Assembly (NCBI GenBank): GCA_048940925.1
Contig: JBHLOC010000010.1
Location: 44,694-108,693 of the forward strand
Direction of reading: 5' to 3'
Source of the DNA: Promethearchaeota archaeon
Lineage (GTDB): Archaea > Asgardarchaeota > Lokiarchaeia > Sigyniarchaeales > SOKP01
Length of the DNA stretch: 64,000 bases
Shown: positions 1 through 11,259 of the stretch, piece after piece
How positions within the stretch are numbered: position 1 is the first letter of the stretch
How the letters are laid out: every line of letters begins with the position of its first letter
Notes under the pieces: model-generated
Told to the model about the DNA's origin: nothing
Seen by the model: the letters and a program-made list of their open reading frames with translations, nothing else
Database searches by the model: none
Program-made: the position numbers and the translations under genes

Positions 1-34
1 ATATATATTATTGATTAAATAAGAATATAGCAAC

Positions 35-1738
35 ATGGAAGATGTTTTAAGTCTACTAACTGCATTTTTATCAATGAAAGATGATATTTTAGAGTACTAT
101 AACAATACCTATTTTTATCTAAAAGATCTTATTTCATATAAAGATATTACATTAAATACTTCAATTTCAACTGAGAGCGCAGCTACAATTAGGGATACAC
201 TTGAAAGAATGATAAAAGCCATAAAAACAGGTTTGAATACAATCGGAGTATCAATGAAAACATTGTCAAAAACTCAAAAAGACTTTCTAAATGTCGTAAA
301 TAATGAACGAGAGCGTCTTCAGAATTATGAGTCCTATTTTAATTTGTATAAAGAACTTTATCTAAATAAAATTTTATTCGAAATTTTGATCGAATATTTA
401 GTTGATATTGATACAAAAAAAATTGAAACTTTAAAATTATTTGAATTATTACCTCAGAATGTTATAACAGGTTTAAATGATTATAAAGCAAAACATCTAA
501 ATTCAAAAAAAAAGAAAGAAGTATTGAAGAAAGCAGACTTAGAATCCTTAGTAGACTTTTCACGCATCTCTTTCAAGAATAGTGTAAAAAAACCAACAAT
601 TCCAGCGGAATTAAGTTCAACTATTACCGAAAAAAAAATCGAAACCGGATTAGATATTTTAACCCAATTGAGAGTAGCAAAGAAGGATAATATTGAAACT
701 CTTAAAACACCAAAAAAAGAACTAACTACACCATCACTAACTCCATCAGAAAAAACATTTAAAATAATTGAAAGTCCTGATATTGCACCTCACGAGCAAA
801 AAACTTCTTTTCATCTCAGAAAAACTGATAGAAATATCAAAACCTTTTTAGATTATTTTGGAAATTTTCCTGCTATTCAGCCCGATTTAATTAGTAAATT
901 CAGGATAAATACTTTAAATATTATTAATTCGAGAGCTACAAATCCTGATTTTTTAGACTTAGAATGCTTATTTTTTTATGTGTCCATCCTAAAAATGCTA
1001 AATATTGGCTCTCCTTTTACTTCAATTGAAGTTTTAGAAATTATTAAAAATTATGTTAATAATACGGTATTTAGTTCTTCTAAGAATGATACTCCTGATC
1101 CTCCAAATGTATTTTATGGTCTTTCTGTTGTTTTAGAATTAAACTTATTAAAAAATACGAAATTCATTGATCTTTTTAATATTGAACAATTTATTAAATC
1201 TGAACTAGATCCATTTGTACCAGAGAAATTAGAGTTAAATTTCTATTCCCTTTTATGCTTAAAATTATTGGGAAAAATTGATTTAATTGGAGATAAAAAA
1301 GAAATATTATTAAGCTCAATTTTAAATCTAAAACTAGCGGACTTGGAAATATTTAATCCAATTCTGGATATATTTTATAAATTAACCTCAATTAAATTAT
1401 TAGATGATACAGTGCAAATAAAAAGATTAGCTGAGCCATATGTTGCAGAATTAAAAAGAAATTTAAGCTCAAAAGAAATAAGAAGTAATCTAATAACAAC
1501 TATGGCAAAATCATTATTAATTTTTGATTTATTGGAATTAAAAGAGCAAGAAGCTGTATTATGTAGCCAACTGTTAAACTCCATTATGGATACTACATAT
1601 TTCTTTAAATTAGATGATATTAACAAATATTTTAATTGGCGTACTGATAAACTTGCATATAAGGTTGAATTAAAAATGCTTTTTTATACGTTATTTGCAT
1701 GCTCCCGTTATTTACCGTTACATTTCGAAAAATCTTAA
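35..1738 (+). CDS. Hypothetical protein, helical; C-terminal half weakly resembles degenerate prenyltransferase-like repeats
   Basis: 567-aa ORF, no diagnostic motif; Pro/Lys/Thr-rich linker in the middle. Confidence 0.55.
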   Translation: MEDVLSLLTAFLSMKDDILEYYNNTYFYLKDLISYKDITLNTSISTESAATIRDTLERMIKAIKTGLNTIGVSMKTLSKTQKDFLNVVNNERERLQNYESYFNLYKELYLNKILFEILIEYLVDIDTKKIETLKLFELLPQNVITGLNDYKAKHLNSKKKKEVLKKADLESLVDFSRISFKNSVKKPTIPAELSSTITEKKIETGLDILTQLRVAKKDNIETLKTPKKELTTPSLTPSEKTFKIIESPDIAPHEQKTSFHLRKTDRNIKTFLDYFGNFPAIQPDLISKFRINTLNIINSRATNPDFLDLECLFFYVSILKMLNIGSPFTSIEVLEIIKNYVNNTVFSSSKNDTPDPPNVFYGLSVVLELNLLKNTKFIDLFNIEQFIKSELDPFVPEKLELNFYSLLCLKLLGKIDLIGDKKEILLSSILNLKLADLEIFNPILDIFYKLTSIKLLDDTVQIKRLAEPYVAELKRNLSSKEIRSNLITTMAKSLLIFDLLELKEQEAVLCSQLLNSIMDTTYFFKLDDINKYFNWRTDKLAYKVELKMLFYTLFACSRYLPLHFEKS

Positions 1739-2343
1739 TTTTTTAATTTAAAGATATTTAGAAGAAAAGTTTTAATAGAAGGAATTATGCTTCCGCATTT
1801 AACGGATTTATTCCATTTTTTAATTACTATAAAATTTTTATTTAGTTCTTTAAATGCTTTATTACCTAATTCGATCCAATCATCTAGATTGATTATTGGT
1901 GCTTCAGAGCTAATGCCTGGACAATACTGTTTCCCTTTTTCAGTTAAAAATATTTCAATTTCTCTGTTTTTTTCATTTGATGAATAATTAAATGTGAAAG
2001 GGAATGTTCTGCAAAACAATGGTCTTAAAGCATATATTAGACATTTGCTAGTTTTTTCATCATAAAAATAACAGCACCCTTTTTTATCTTTAATAAGACC
2101 TATGAATGCTGGACCTTTTTCCGTTAATAACGGCGAAATAACCATTTGATTTAATTGTTTAGAAGTTAGCTTTCTATCGTACATATAGAATCCTATAATT
2201 TCAAGAACTTCCTTTAATTCTAACCTTAAACCGTTTTTAATTCTTAAAATATCCAAATATGTGAGATTTACTATAGTATCTTTATCTGTGCAACACTTTC
2301 CACATCGAATACATTCAAACCTATATTCTTGCTTCTTTTTCAT
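1735..2343 (-). CDS. YkgJ-family (CxxCxxCC) cysteine-cluster protein
   Basis: FECIRCGKCC, CYFYD..CLIYALRPLFCRTFPF and CPG motifs. Confidence 0.85.
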   Translation of the reverse strand: MKKKQEYRFECIRCGKCCTDKDTIVNLTYLDILRIKNGLRLELKEVLEIIGFYMYDRKLTSKQLNQMVISPLLTEKGPAFIGLIKDKKGCCYFYDEKTSKCLIYALRPLFCRTFPFTFNYSSNEKNREIEIFLTEKGKQYCPGISSEAPIINLDDWIELGNKAFKELNKNFIVIKKWNKSVKCGSIIPSIKTFLLNIFKLKN

Positions 2344-2394
2344 TGATAAAAAAAAAAATTAGTAATAATTGTTTACTAAAAATGAGATAAGATA

Positions 2395-5300
2395 TTAATT
2401 AATTGGGACTACTATTTCCTGTTTTATTAAAGTTTCAATAGCTTCAATGACTAAATCTTTGTTTTCTTCACTAACTACTTCAACAATATCATTTAGTCTA
2501 ATATCACGCTTTGACATTGATTGAACAACGTTTAAAACTCGAATCTCCATTTTTGTTAAAGTTTTTTCCTTTTTCAATTTTATGAGGTTAATGTCATCAG
2601 TTAATTTAAATGCTTCTTTATAAAATAACTCAAAATAATCTGTTAATATCGAAGGAATTCGTTTTTCAAATTCGTCTAAAGAACCATCCCAATTTTCTAT
2701 TTCATTTGTAAGTTTTAGATTCAAAGCTAACATAAGGAGAGAAATTTGTTCTTTTAACCTAACAGATGACTTTTCTTCTAGAATAAAAACTGCTCTAATA
2801 TCTTCCTTATCTGCGATGACGCAGTGGAAGTATTTAAAATCAAGTTCAATAATACTTTCAGTTTTCGTCTTTTCCTTTATTTGGGCAATTTTTTGTTTAT
2901 AAACCTCTTTTTCAGAAAATTCCTCTCCTATAGTTGTGATAGCTTGTATAAATCCTGAAAAAAGTTCCTTTTTGTGCTTTTCCAAAATTGAATAACTTTT
3001 TGAATATAATGGTATACCACTCAATCTATGGATTATCACAATCGCTTGTATATTTTTTAAATCTTTGAATCTTTGAGTCCTTGCCATTAACTCTGATTCT
3101 TTTCTTCGCCTTCTTGGAAGCAATACATAAGATCTCAAACTCAAAATTCCTAAAGCGCTTACTATACTGACTAAAACACCAATTATTATCCATAATAAAT
3201 AATTTGGAAGACCTCCGCCTCCAACAGGCTTTTCTATTACAACAATAAAAGAATATTGTGTTGTTTTGTAAGTTGTACTGTTGGATATGATTAATAAATT
3301 GAACTTGAAATTACCTTCTAAATCATTAGGTAATTTGATATATGTTTGATAAATTCCTGGAGAGGTTTCATTTATTGTCCCGATTCCATGATCCCAAGAA
3401 AAACTCACAGTAGCATCTTCTATAGAGATATTAGTTTTAGGATCTAATAATTGAATTTGTATATTAAGTGTTTCACCAATTTCAGCGTTAATTGTATCCC
3501 TAAAACCAATTGGATCGACACTAATTTCAATTTGTTCTACTAACAATTGGAATCCGAAAGTAGATATTTTATAATTTGGATCTTGGAATTCAAGATAGAT
3601 ATAGTTGATTCCAATTGAAAAGTATTCTGGTGAGCATAAAATAGATGTGTTAAACCAATAACTTCCACTTTCAGTTAAACTTTTTCGGTAATCTCCGGAA
3701 ATAAAAGTGATCACTCCTTCAGTTAAATATTCTTTATCGATCATAGACATTGCTCTAGCAGAGATTTCAATCTCATCATTGAAAGTAGTATTATAAACAG
3801 AATTTTCACTTACATCTTGAGAATTTAAATTTGCGAATAATTCAACCGATTGTTTGGTTATTTGAAATTGATAAATATAATTTTGAGGTTCATAAGCAAC
3901 AGCTGAAAAATTAATACTTAATTCATAAATTCCTACTTCATTGATAAATAGAGTACTAAATTCAATATTATACTCTCCATTTCCGGTATTATTTACTGAA
4001 TATAAAGATTTATTTGGGATACTCACGTTTACATCTGCCCCATCAATACCCCCTCCTTCAAAATCAGTGAACTTAAATTTGATTGTGCTATTATCATGGA
4101 GTTCAATATTGTATTCAGATTCTAAGACTTGTAAATTCGTTTTTTCACCCAAATTGATTTCTAGAGTAAAATTACTTTCTAAAAATCCAATTTTTGAAGA
4201 GTGAACTACAATATTGTATAATCCATGAGATGATAAATCAGATGTATATATAAGTGTTTCATAAAATCCCGGAGCAGATTCTTCAAAATATCGAGTTCCA
4301 TCAGTCCAATTATAAGATACGATCGCATTTGATATTGTTAAATTATTTTCACAATCTTTCAATAAAACTCTAATAGGAATGAGATCACCTACAAAACCTT
4401 CAGTTCTTAAATCAGGTTTCGCATCCTCAGGTTTTAAAAGTGTAAGTGAACTATTATGCATTAAAATAAAACTTGAGTTTAATCCTCCTAATGCAGTGCC
4501 ATTACTCCAAAATATGGTATAATTGTATTGTCCTCCTATAAAGTCTTCTGGAGTAAAAAATAAACTTGAAAATATAACTGTACCATTCGAATAAGGATTT
4601 TTTGATTCCTGATACCATAATGTACCATTAGGATAGTAAATTTTTAAACTTAGAGAAGTAAGGTTTACATTAGGGGGAATTTCATTAGAATAATTTACTT
4701 GAGTTCTAATTCTTGTAGTATCTCCAGAATAAAATGTATTTACTCCCCAGAGTCCATCCTTAGACATTTTTGTATTACTTAAATTCAGATAATTCGGAGA
4801 ATTTGCCGTGAATTTCCACCATCCTGGAAATACTGCATTAGTTTTATTAACCTTTAAAACCGTATTACCAATTTCTCCACCTTCAAAAGATCGGGATTGT
4901 AATGTTGGATCTAAAACAGATAAAAATTCCCAATTTGAGGGTTTAATTATTTCAAACTCGAAATCAGTATACTGAGGAGGCATGTAAAAATTATGATAAA
5001 ACTCCCAATAAATTGTGCTATTTTTTAAAATTTTGTATGTGATACCTTGAGCATTTAATTGATTAATTTTCGATATAGTTTCATGATATCCATACAAAGT
5101 AGTATTTAATTTAAAGTCTAATTGCGGAGAAGTAGTATTGAAAGTTAATATTATTGGATAAGTATCCCAAATTCCATCGAAATTTAAAGTTCCCATTCCC
5201 CAATTGGGACCACTAATTAGATTTTTTTGAGTTGAATTAGCCTTGGTAGTTAAATTAATTCCTTCTTGAGTTGAATTTGCAATGGCTGTTATACTAAGAG

Positions 5301-6612
5301 AAACATTATCAAACCATATAACTTGTTGATAAGCATCTTGAAAGCCAGAATAAGAAACTGATGCTCCACTCATTATTCCTACTGATATATTTATTTTTTG
5401 GTCATTAACAGGATTGTTAAAAATTTTTGAAGTATTTACCCATAAATCAAGATTAATTTTACCAGTATGATGCCATTGATATCTTCCAGCTTCAACAACT
5501 TCTCTTAAACCCAAAGTATATACTTTTTTATTGTTTATCGCAAAATATATCAGGTTGTCATTAGATTCCATAGCAAATTCAGCATAATACGCAAAACTAA
5601 TATCAGCATCTATTACATTACCTCTTGGAATTGTTAGATTTTGATAAATTTCAGAGTAATTTCCTTTAGTATAATCGGCAGTAAAGTAATCACTATGATC
5701 TGTCCTATCTGGTTTAGAATATAATGCTGTATACATCGCAGTATTTTTTCCAATCCAACCAGATCCGTAGTTGTGGGTATCATCATTCGTATTATTTCCC
5801 CAATTAACAAAATTATCTAAAAATCCCGAACTTGCATTTACATATTCATATCGATCAATATAATATCCATACTCATTGGAACCTAACCAATCATCAGACC
5901 CAATTGTGATATTTATTCCATTTCCTAAAATCCACGGAGTAAAAAAGTCATATTTAAATCCTGTATCACAAAAACAGCATTTATCAAATTTATTCCATAT
6001 AAAAACACAATCCCAAACTGGTTCAAATTCCATTGTATCAAAATGAACTCTTATAGCTAATGCATCATTTTGGTATATTTTTGAATGAATATTCGCTGGA
6101 TTAGTGGGATCTTCATCTAAGTCATCAGCATAATTATGAGGCGGATTTCCAGGAGGATCAATATTATGTAAATCAACATCTTTACTGTATACGGTTACAT
6201 TATTAATAAACCCACTATTATTTATCCATTCACGGCTATCTTGAATATTATTTATTGATGTTTCGATTCTTGAGACTTTCCAGTCGTGTTCTTCATCTAA
6301 ATAATAAGTTAAATTTAGTTCTTCTTGATTAGTTACTGAAACTTCTTGATTAAATTTATAAAGAGTACCAGTATCAGTAATATTTAAAGGGAGTTCTGTT
6401 CCTTGAAATAATATTTCTTCCTCATTAGCTGTTTTTAAGTTTTCACTATAAAATTCTACATCATCATTATCTTCACAGCTATAGTCATTAAATTGCGTTT
6501 TTAAGTTAATTAAACTTGAATCAAATAAAAGAATCATTGATAAAATAAAAGCAATAACAATTGTTTTCCGAGTTTTATTTTTAAAAATAGTTTTTCTATC
6601 TTTATTTACCAA
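2395..6612 (-). CDS. Large single-pass surface protein: CUB-like and Ig-like ectodomain, TM helix, cytoplasmic longin-like domain
   Basis: N-terminal hydrophobic signal, many N-x-S/T sequons, RVHFDTMEFEPVWD CUB-like stretch, TM followed by RRRRK, then IIHRLSGIPLYSKSY...LFSGFIQAITTIGEEF; TTG start. Confidence 0.7.
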   Translation of the reverse strand: MVNKDRKTIFKNKTRKTIVIAFILSMILLFDSSLINLKTQFNDYSCEDNDDVEFYSENLKTANEEEILFQGTELPLNITDTGTLYKFNQEVSVTNQEELNLTYYLDEEHDWKVSRIETSINNIQDSREWINNSGFINNVTVYSKDVDLHNIDPPGNPPHNYADDLDEDPTNPANIHSKIYQNDALAIRVHFDTMEFEPVWDCVFIWNKFDKCCFCDTGFKYDFFTPWILGNGINITIGSDDWLGSNEYGYYIDRYEYVNASSGFLDNFVNWGNNTNDDTHNYGSGWIGKNTAMYTALYSKPDRTDHSDYFTADYTKGNYSEIYQNLTIPRGNVIDADISFAYYAEFAMESNDNLIYFAINNKKVYTLGLREVVEAGRYQWHHTGKINLDLWVNTSKIFNNPVNDQKINISVGIMSGASVSYSGFQDAYQQVIWFDNVSLSITAIANSTQEGINLTTKANSTQKNLISGPNWGMGTLNFDGIWDTYPIILTFNTTSPQLDFKLNTTLYGYHETISKINQLNAQGITYKILKNSTIYWEFYHNFYMPPQYTDFEFEIIKPSNWEFLSVLDPTLQSRSFEGGEIGNTVLKVNKTNAVFPGWWKFTANSPNYLNLSNTKMSKDGLWGVNTFYSGDTTRIRTQVNYSNEIPPNVNLTSLSLKIYYPNGTLWYQESKNPYSNGTVIFSSLFFTPEDFIGGQYNYTIFWSNGTALGGLNSSFILMHNSSLTLLKPEDAKPDLRTEGFVGDLIPIRVLLKDCENNLTISNAIVSYNWTDGTRYFEESAPGFYETLIYTSDLSSHGLYNIVVHSSKIGFLESNFTLEINLGEKTNLQVLESEYNIELHDNSTIKFKFTDFEGGGIDGADVNVSIPNKSLYSVNNTGNGEYNIEFSTLFINEVGIYELSINFSAVAYEPQNYIYQFQITKQSVELFANLNSQDVSENSVYNTTFNDEIEISARAMSMIDKEYLTEGVITFISGDYRKSLTESGSYWFNTSILCSPEYFSIGINYIYLEFQDPNYKISTFGFQLLVEQIEISVDPIGFRDTINAEIGETLNIQIQLLDPKTNISIEDATVSFSWDHGIGTINETSPGIYQTYIKLPNDLEGNFKFNLLIISNSTTYKTTQYSFIVVIEKPVGGGGLPNYLLWIIIGVLVSIVSALGILSLRSYVLLPRRRRKESELMARTQRFKDLKNIQAIVIIHRLSGIPLYSKSYSILEKHKKELFSGFIQAITTIGEEFSEKEVYKQKIAQIKEKTKTESIIELDFKYFHCVIADKEDIRAVFILEEKSSVRLKEQISLLMLALNLKLTNEIENWDGSLDEFEKRIPSILTDYFELFYKEAFKLTDDINLIKLKKEKTLTKMEIRVLNVVQSMSKRDIRLNDIVEVVSEENKDLVIEAIETLIKQEIVVPIN

Positions 6613-6800
6613 AAATATCCCCTTTACTAAAAAAAGTGTAAAATATTCTTATGTATTTAAAATGAAATTTCATAAATTTAAATAATTGTAGATATAACCA
6701 CTGAATTAAATCCTTAACTATTATTTAATATTTTATAATCTTTCAGAATTAATTTTATATAAAGAACGAGAAATATGGTAAAATTGTTATCTAATTAATT

Positions 6801-7115
6801 TTAATTAAGTAAAAATTCATCTTTTAATTTTGAAATTAAAGATCTTCGGTCTTTTTCAGAAACTTGATTGATATCAACTCCACGATTATTATAAATATCG
6901 GGAGGAATATCTTCAAATAAAGAAATAATTAAAATAATAGCATTTGTAACTAAAGTCTTGTTTTTTGTTCGGTCTAAATAATTCATCAATTCTATCAGGG
7001 ACTTGCTTTTCCAAATCTCTTTATTCTCTTTATTCACTTTTTCTTTTTGAAAAAAATCAATAATTTTTAGATAACAATCTAATTCAAATTCATCATAGTT
7101 ATTATTAATTTTCAT
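6801..7115 (-). CDS. Hypothetical protein
   Basis: 104-aa ORF with ATG start and typical composition. Confidence 0.55.
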   Translation of the reverse strand: MKINNNYDEFELDCYLKIIDFFQKEKVNKENKEIWKSKSLIELMNYLDRTKNKTLVTNAIILIISLFEDIPPDIYNNRGVDINQVSEKDRRSLISKLKDEFLLN

Positions 7116-7521
7116 CTTTGTGTTACCTAATTTTTAAACCCCTACATATTTAAACTAAAAATATATTTTTAAATTCATTTATTATCTCGAATTTTTGTTA
7201 TAACATTCCGCACATTGATATACTTTCTCTATAATAAGATACCCGTAAAGCCAATTAATCAAGTTCTTTTTAAAGAATGATATTTGTGTGTAAAATTTTT
7301 TTGATACTTGGTTTATAGTTTTTGTATGTACATTATTTTCTATTATAATATGTAGATATTATATCAATTCGAAATAAAAAAAAATTTAGGGAATAATTTA
7401 ACCAGTCTGTTGAAAAAAAGAATTATTTTACGACATTTAAATAATAAAAAATTTTAAATTGATTTACGCTTAAAAAAATTAAGGATTTCAAATATAAGTA
7501 ATTGTACTTTTTTATGAACAT

Positions 7522-8148
7522 ATGCAGAATTTACTCAATACTATTGAGCTCCTTAAAAATAGTCCTATAAGTGAATTAATTTCACAGCGCTTACATGAAT
7601 TTAAACGTCTGCGTCATGGATCAATTAATAGCATTTTCAAAGAGATGTGTTTTTGTATAATGACAGCAAATTGTAGTGCCAAAATGTGTATTGAAGTGCA
7701 TGAAACAATAGATAACGGATTTTTAACTTTATCTGAAGATCAGTTGGTACAAGAATTCAAGGACAAAAAATATCGGTTTCCAAATGTTCGCGCAAAATAT
7801 ATTTTAGAAGCAAGAAAACTTAAAGAAGATTTGGATCTTATGATAAAAGAAAATACTGGCACAAATAATTTGAGAGATTGGCTTGTTAAAAATGTAAAGG
7901 GACTTGGATATAAGGAGGCAAGTCATTTCCTACGAAATATCGGTTATACAGATTTTGCAATAATAGATTTTCATATTATTGATACCTTAGTAAAATTCAA
8001 TATAATTGAAAAGCCAAAAACACTTACTAAAAAGAAATATTTAGAAATAGAAACTATTTTAAGAACTATTGGAAATAAGTTAAATCTAAATTTAGGTGAA
8101 TTAGACCTATTTTTATGGTATTATGAGACAGGAAAAGTACTAAAATAA
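7522..8148 (+). CDS. ogg: 8-oxoguanine DNA glycosylase/AP lyase (Ogg2 type)
   Basis: HhH motif VKGLGYKEASHFLRNIG, AIIDFH, C-terminal LDLFLWYYETGKVLK. Confidence 0.92.
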   Translation: MQNLLNTIELLKNSPISELISQRLHEFKRLRHGSINSIFKEMCFCIMTANCSAKMCIEVHETIDNGFLTLSEDQLVQEFKDKKYRFPNVRAKYILEARKLKEDLDLMIKENTGTNNLRDWLVKNVKGLGYKEASHFLRNIGYTDFAIIDFHIIDTLVKFNIIEKPKTLTKKKYLEIETILRTIGNKLNLNLGELDLFLWYYETGKVLK

Positions 8149-8431
8149 TATTTCTTATCTCATAATTCAGAATTAAAATTTAGATGATCGTAAAGGTGGG
8201 GTGATAATAGAATTTTGTTTTATGGAATAACTGTTGTTTTTCCTTTTTCGTGTATCACCTGTACTATTATTAAAGGTTAATGTATCCATTTACCTCTTCA
8301 ATACAGTGAATATACGTTCTGCTCTATATATCACCCCATTATTATAAGGATGACGAGTATAACTGCAGAAAAATAATAAGACAAAAGTGTATATAAAACT
8401 TTTCTTTTTTTTTCATAAAGTTACAAAATTG

Positions 8432-9541
8432 TTAAATTTTCCATTGTCCCTCTTCATAGATAACTTTTCCGTCAGCTAGAATTCTAGATCCTGGGAATTT
8501 CATATCTTTCAAAATATCCCAATGAATTGCTGATTTATTTTTAGAGCCACATTCCATAAAGCCCAACCCTAGAGCAAAATGTAATGTTCCCCCGATTTTT
8601 TCGTCAAATAACATATTTTTGGTAAATTTGGTGATACCATAATTATTGCCAATAGCGAATTCTCCAATTCTATTAGCATTTTCAATTTTGAGAATTTCTT
8701 TAAGTAAATCTTCGCCTTTGTCTGCCGTTGTCTCAATAATTTTTCCTTCTTTAAACCGCAAGAATATATTTTCAATTTCTCTTCCTTGAAATATCCCAGG
8801 ATAAGTAAATCTAATATGCCCATTAGCTGAATCTTCAAGTGGACTAGTATAGACTTCCCCATCAGGTAGATTTTCATTTCCTGAACTATTTTTCCATACT
8901 CGATCTTCCACAGAAAAATAAAGATCAGTGTCTTCTCCCATAACATGAATTTCTTTTACATTTTTTAGATACTTAATGATTTTTTCTTGTTTTTTATTCA
9001 GTTTATTCCATTCATCAATAGGGTTCTCCTTTTCTAAGAATAATGCATTCTTTATGAAATTGATATAAGAAAATAAATCCATGTTTGCTTCTTGGGCTAA
9101 AGAATTACTTGGAAACGGAAGTACCAGATATCCTAACTCTTTTTTACTCATTCTCTCTTCCAATATTTCAAAAATTTCTCTTCTATCTGGTGATCCTTGA
9201 GATTTAGAAATAATTTCAGGATTAACTTGACTTAATTTTCGAGTATTATAATCTCCCAATATAACAACATAATGGTCAAATTCTTTGAGAATCATTTTTT
9301 GAACCTTGTCTACATATAACAATTGTTCTTCAGAAGCATATTTATAATATAATTCTGATATACCTTCAATTTGTGGAAGAAGTAGAGGATGTCCCCCAAC
9401 TTTAAGGATTTCGATATACAGTGCCTGAAAGAGTTCTTTTGCTAATGCAGGACCAGCAATATATACTCTTTGTCCTTTTTTTACTCGAAGCGAATAATTT
9501 ACTGCTATACTTGCCAGTTTCTCATAAAATTCGTTAATCAT
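8432..9541 (-). CDS. M29-family (AmpS/AmpT) aminopeptidase
   Basis: NLPDGEVYTSP, IGEFAIG, LFDEKIGGTLHFALG and SAIHWD motifs. Confidence 0.92.
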   Translation of the reverse strand: MINEFYEKLASIAVNYSLRVKKGQRVYIAGPALAKELFQALYIEILKVGGHPLLLPQIEGISELYYKYASEEQLLYVDKVQKMILKEFDHYVVILGDYNTRKLSQVNPEIISKSQGSPDRREIFEILEERMSKKELGYLVLPFPSNSLAQEANMDLFSYINFIKNALFLEKENPIDEWNKLNKKQEKIIKYLKNVKEIHVMGEDTDLYFSVEDRVWKNSSGNENLPDGEVYTSPLEDSANGHIRFTYPGIFQGREIENIFLRFKEGKIIETTADKGEDLLKEILKIENANRIGEFAIGNNYGITKFTKNMLFDEKIGGTLHFALGLGFMECGSKNKSAIHWDILKDMKFPGSRILADGKVIYEEGQWKI

Positions 9542-9621
9542 AATTAATAAATTTCATCTTAAGATAAAAATCATTTTAAATAAATTTACTATAAAAATAA
9601 AAGACTAACAATTTTCTTTTA

Positions 9622-9921
9622 TTATCCGACTCTAGGAGGTTTAATCTCCTTCTTTTTCTTTTTTTTTATATATATACCATACTTTCTTTCTTGGTGTTTA
9701 GTATATAAACCGACTCCAATGAGGAATACTGAAAGAATTAAATAACTTATCCAAAAAATAAGTCCGGTAAGAAACCCTGTCCTATTTGTAATCCCATATG
9801 CTATTGCAAAAAATAAAATACCCACAATTGCTAATATTGCACTAATTGTACCGCAGATTAAATCAAAATAGAGTCTCTTTCTTTCTTCTTTTGCTTCATC
9901 CTTTAAACCCATTACTAACAC
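9622..9921 (-). CDS. Small two-TM membrane protein
   Basis: Two hydrophobic helices and a basic tail; true start may be a few codons downstream (MGLKDE). Confidence 0.6.
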   Translation of the reverse strand: MLVMGLKDEAKEERKRLYFDLICGTISAILAIVGILFFAIAYGITNRTGFLTGLIFWISYLILSVFLIGVGLYTKHQERKYGIYIKKKKKKEIKPPRVG

Positions 9922-9954
9922 GCGATATTTATATGCAAATTTATATATCTCCTA

Positions 9955-11139
9955 TTATTTTATAAAATCTTCAAGTAAGTTATACACGATTTCTAATATT
10001 TCAATCGTAGGTAAAAATGTAAATCTAACATGTCCTTTACCATAATCACCAAATCCTGATCCATATACACCACAAACTCCTGTTTTTTCGAGTAAATCCA
10101 TAGCAAATTCTTTATCATCTTTCCAATCTCCTAACTCTTTAAAATCTAATTTTGGAAATAAATAAAAAGCTCCATTTGGCTTAACACAAGTTATGCCTTC
10201 AATTTTTCTTAATCTATTATATGAGTAATCTCGTCTTTCCCGCAACTTATGGACCATTTCTTTTGTATGGGTCCCTGGATTTTGGAGGATGCTAATAGCG
10301 GCATATTGAGCTATTGAACTAGCAGAAAGTCTTGCTCGTGCCATTTTAGCAATTCCTTCTTTTAATTCATGTAATTTATTTTCAGGATCGTGATAGTACA
10401 TATATCCTAATCTCCATCCTGTAGCAAGATGAGATTTTGAAAACCCATTCAATCCAATTAATGGAACATCCTTACTGAGTGAAGCTGGACACGTAAAAGG
10501 CTTATCATAGACTATTTGATCATATATCTCATCAGATAAGATAGGTAAATTGTGCTCTCCAGCAATATCAATAATTTCTTTTATCATCTTTTCACTATAC
10601 ATAACTCCTGTTGGGTTATTAGGAGAACATATCAGGATGGCTTTTGTTTTATGTGTGATTTTCTTTCTCAAATCATCTGTATTAGGTTCCCAATCATTAT
10701 TTTCATCTAATTCATATTCAATGGGGACTCCATCAAAAAATTTTGCATAATTTATATATAAGGGATAACTAGGACCTGGGATAAGTATTTCATTTTTATT
10801 TTCAATTAATCCTGCTAAAAGAAAGAAAATTGCTTCAGTGACCCCTGCAGTTACTAACACGTCATCGACACTTACATCAATATTATAAGTTTGTTTTAAA
10901 GTGTTGCTAAGTTCAACTCTCAGTTCAGGTACACCTAATGAATTTGCATAAAAATTCTTTCCTTCGAAGGAAGCGTCAGCTAATGCTTGGGAAATATATT
11001 TAGGTACTCTAAAATCATATTTTGCTGGATCCCCTATATTTAAATGATATACTTTTTTCCCACTCTTAGCAACTTTCTCAGCAACAGCAGCAATTTCACG
11101 GATTGCATATTCGATAACTTGTAGTCTTTTGGAAATCAT
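9955..11139 (-). CDS. Class I/II PLP aminotransferase, alanine aminotransferase (AlaA)-like
   Basis: IEYAIR, LNIGDP, PNNPTG, SDEIYD, GFSKSHLATGWRLGY. Confidence 0.9.
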   Translation of the reverse strand: MISKRLQVIEYAIREIAAVAEKVAKSGKKVYHLNIGDPAKYDFRVPKYISQALADASFEGKNFYANSLGVPELRVELSNTLKQTYNIDVSVDDVLVTAGVTEAIFFLLAGLIENKNEILIPGPSYPLYINYAKFFDGVPIEYELDENNDWEPNTDDLRKKITHKTKAILICSPNNPTGVMYSEKMIKEIIDIAGEHNLPILSDEIYDQIVYDKPFTCPASLSKDVPLIGLNGFSKSHLATGWRLGYMYYHDPENKLHELKEGIAKMARARLSASSIAQYAAISILQNPGTHTKEMVHKLRERRDYSYNRLRKIEGITCVKPNGAFYLFPKLDFKELGDWKDDKEFAMDLLEKTGVCGVYGSGFGDYGKGHVRFTFLPTIEILEIVYNLLEDFIK

Positions 11140-11259
11140 TTACTTTCCCTTTAGTAGAAATACTATTGTAACTAACTAGAATTTATATGTGAGTAAATGT
11201 GGTAGATACCTAAATAATTTTAAGATTTTGAAAAAGTTAAAATTTTAAAAAGAGAATTA

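Noticed and set aside
7180-7345. Minus-strand frame ending YQCAECYNKNSR
   Set aside because: Single CxxC, no convincing start or RBS.
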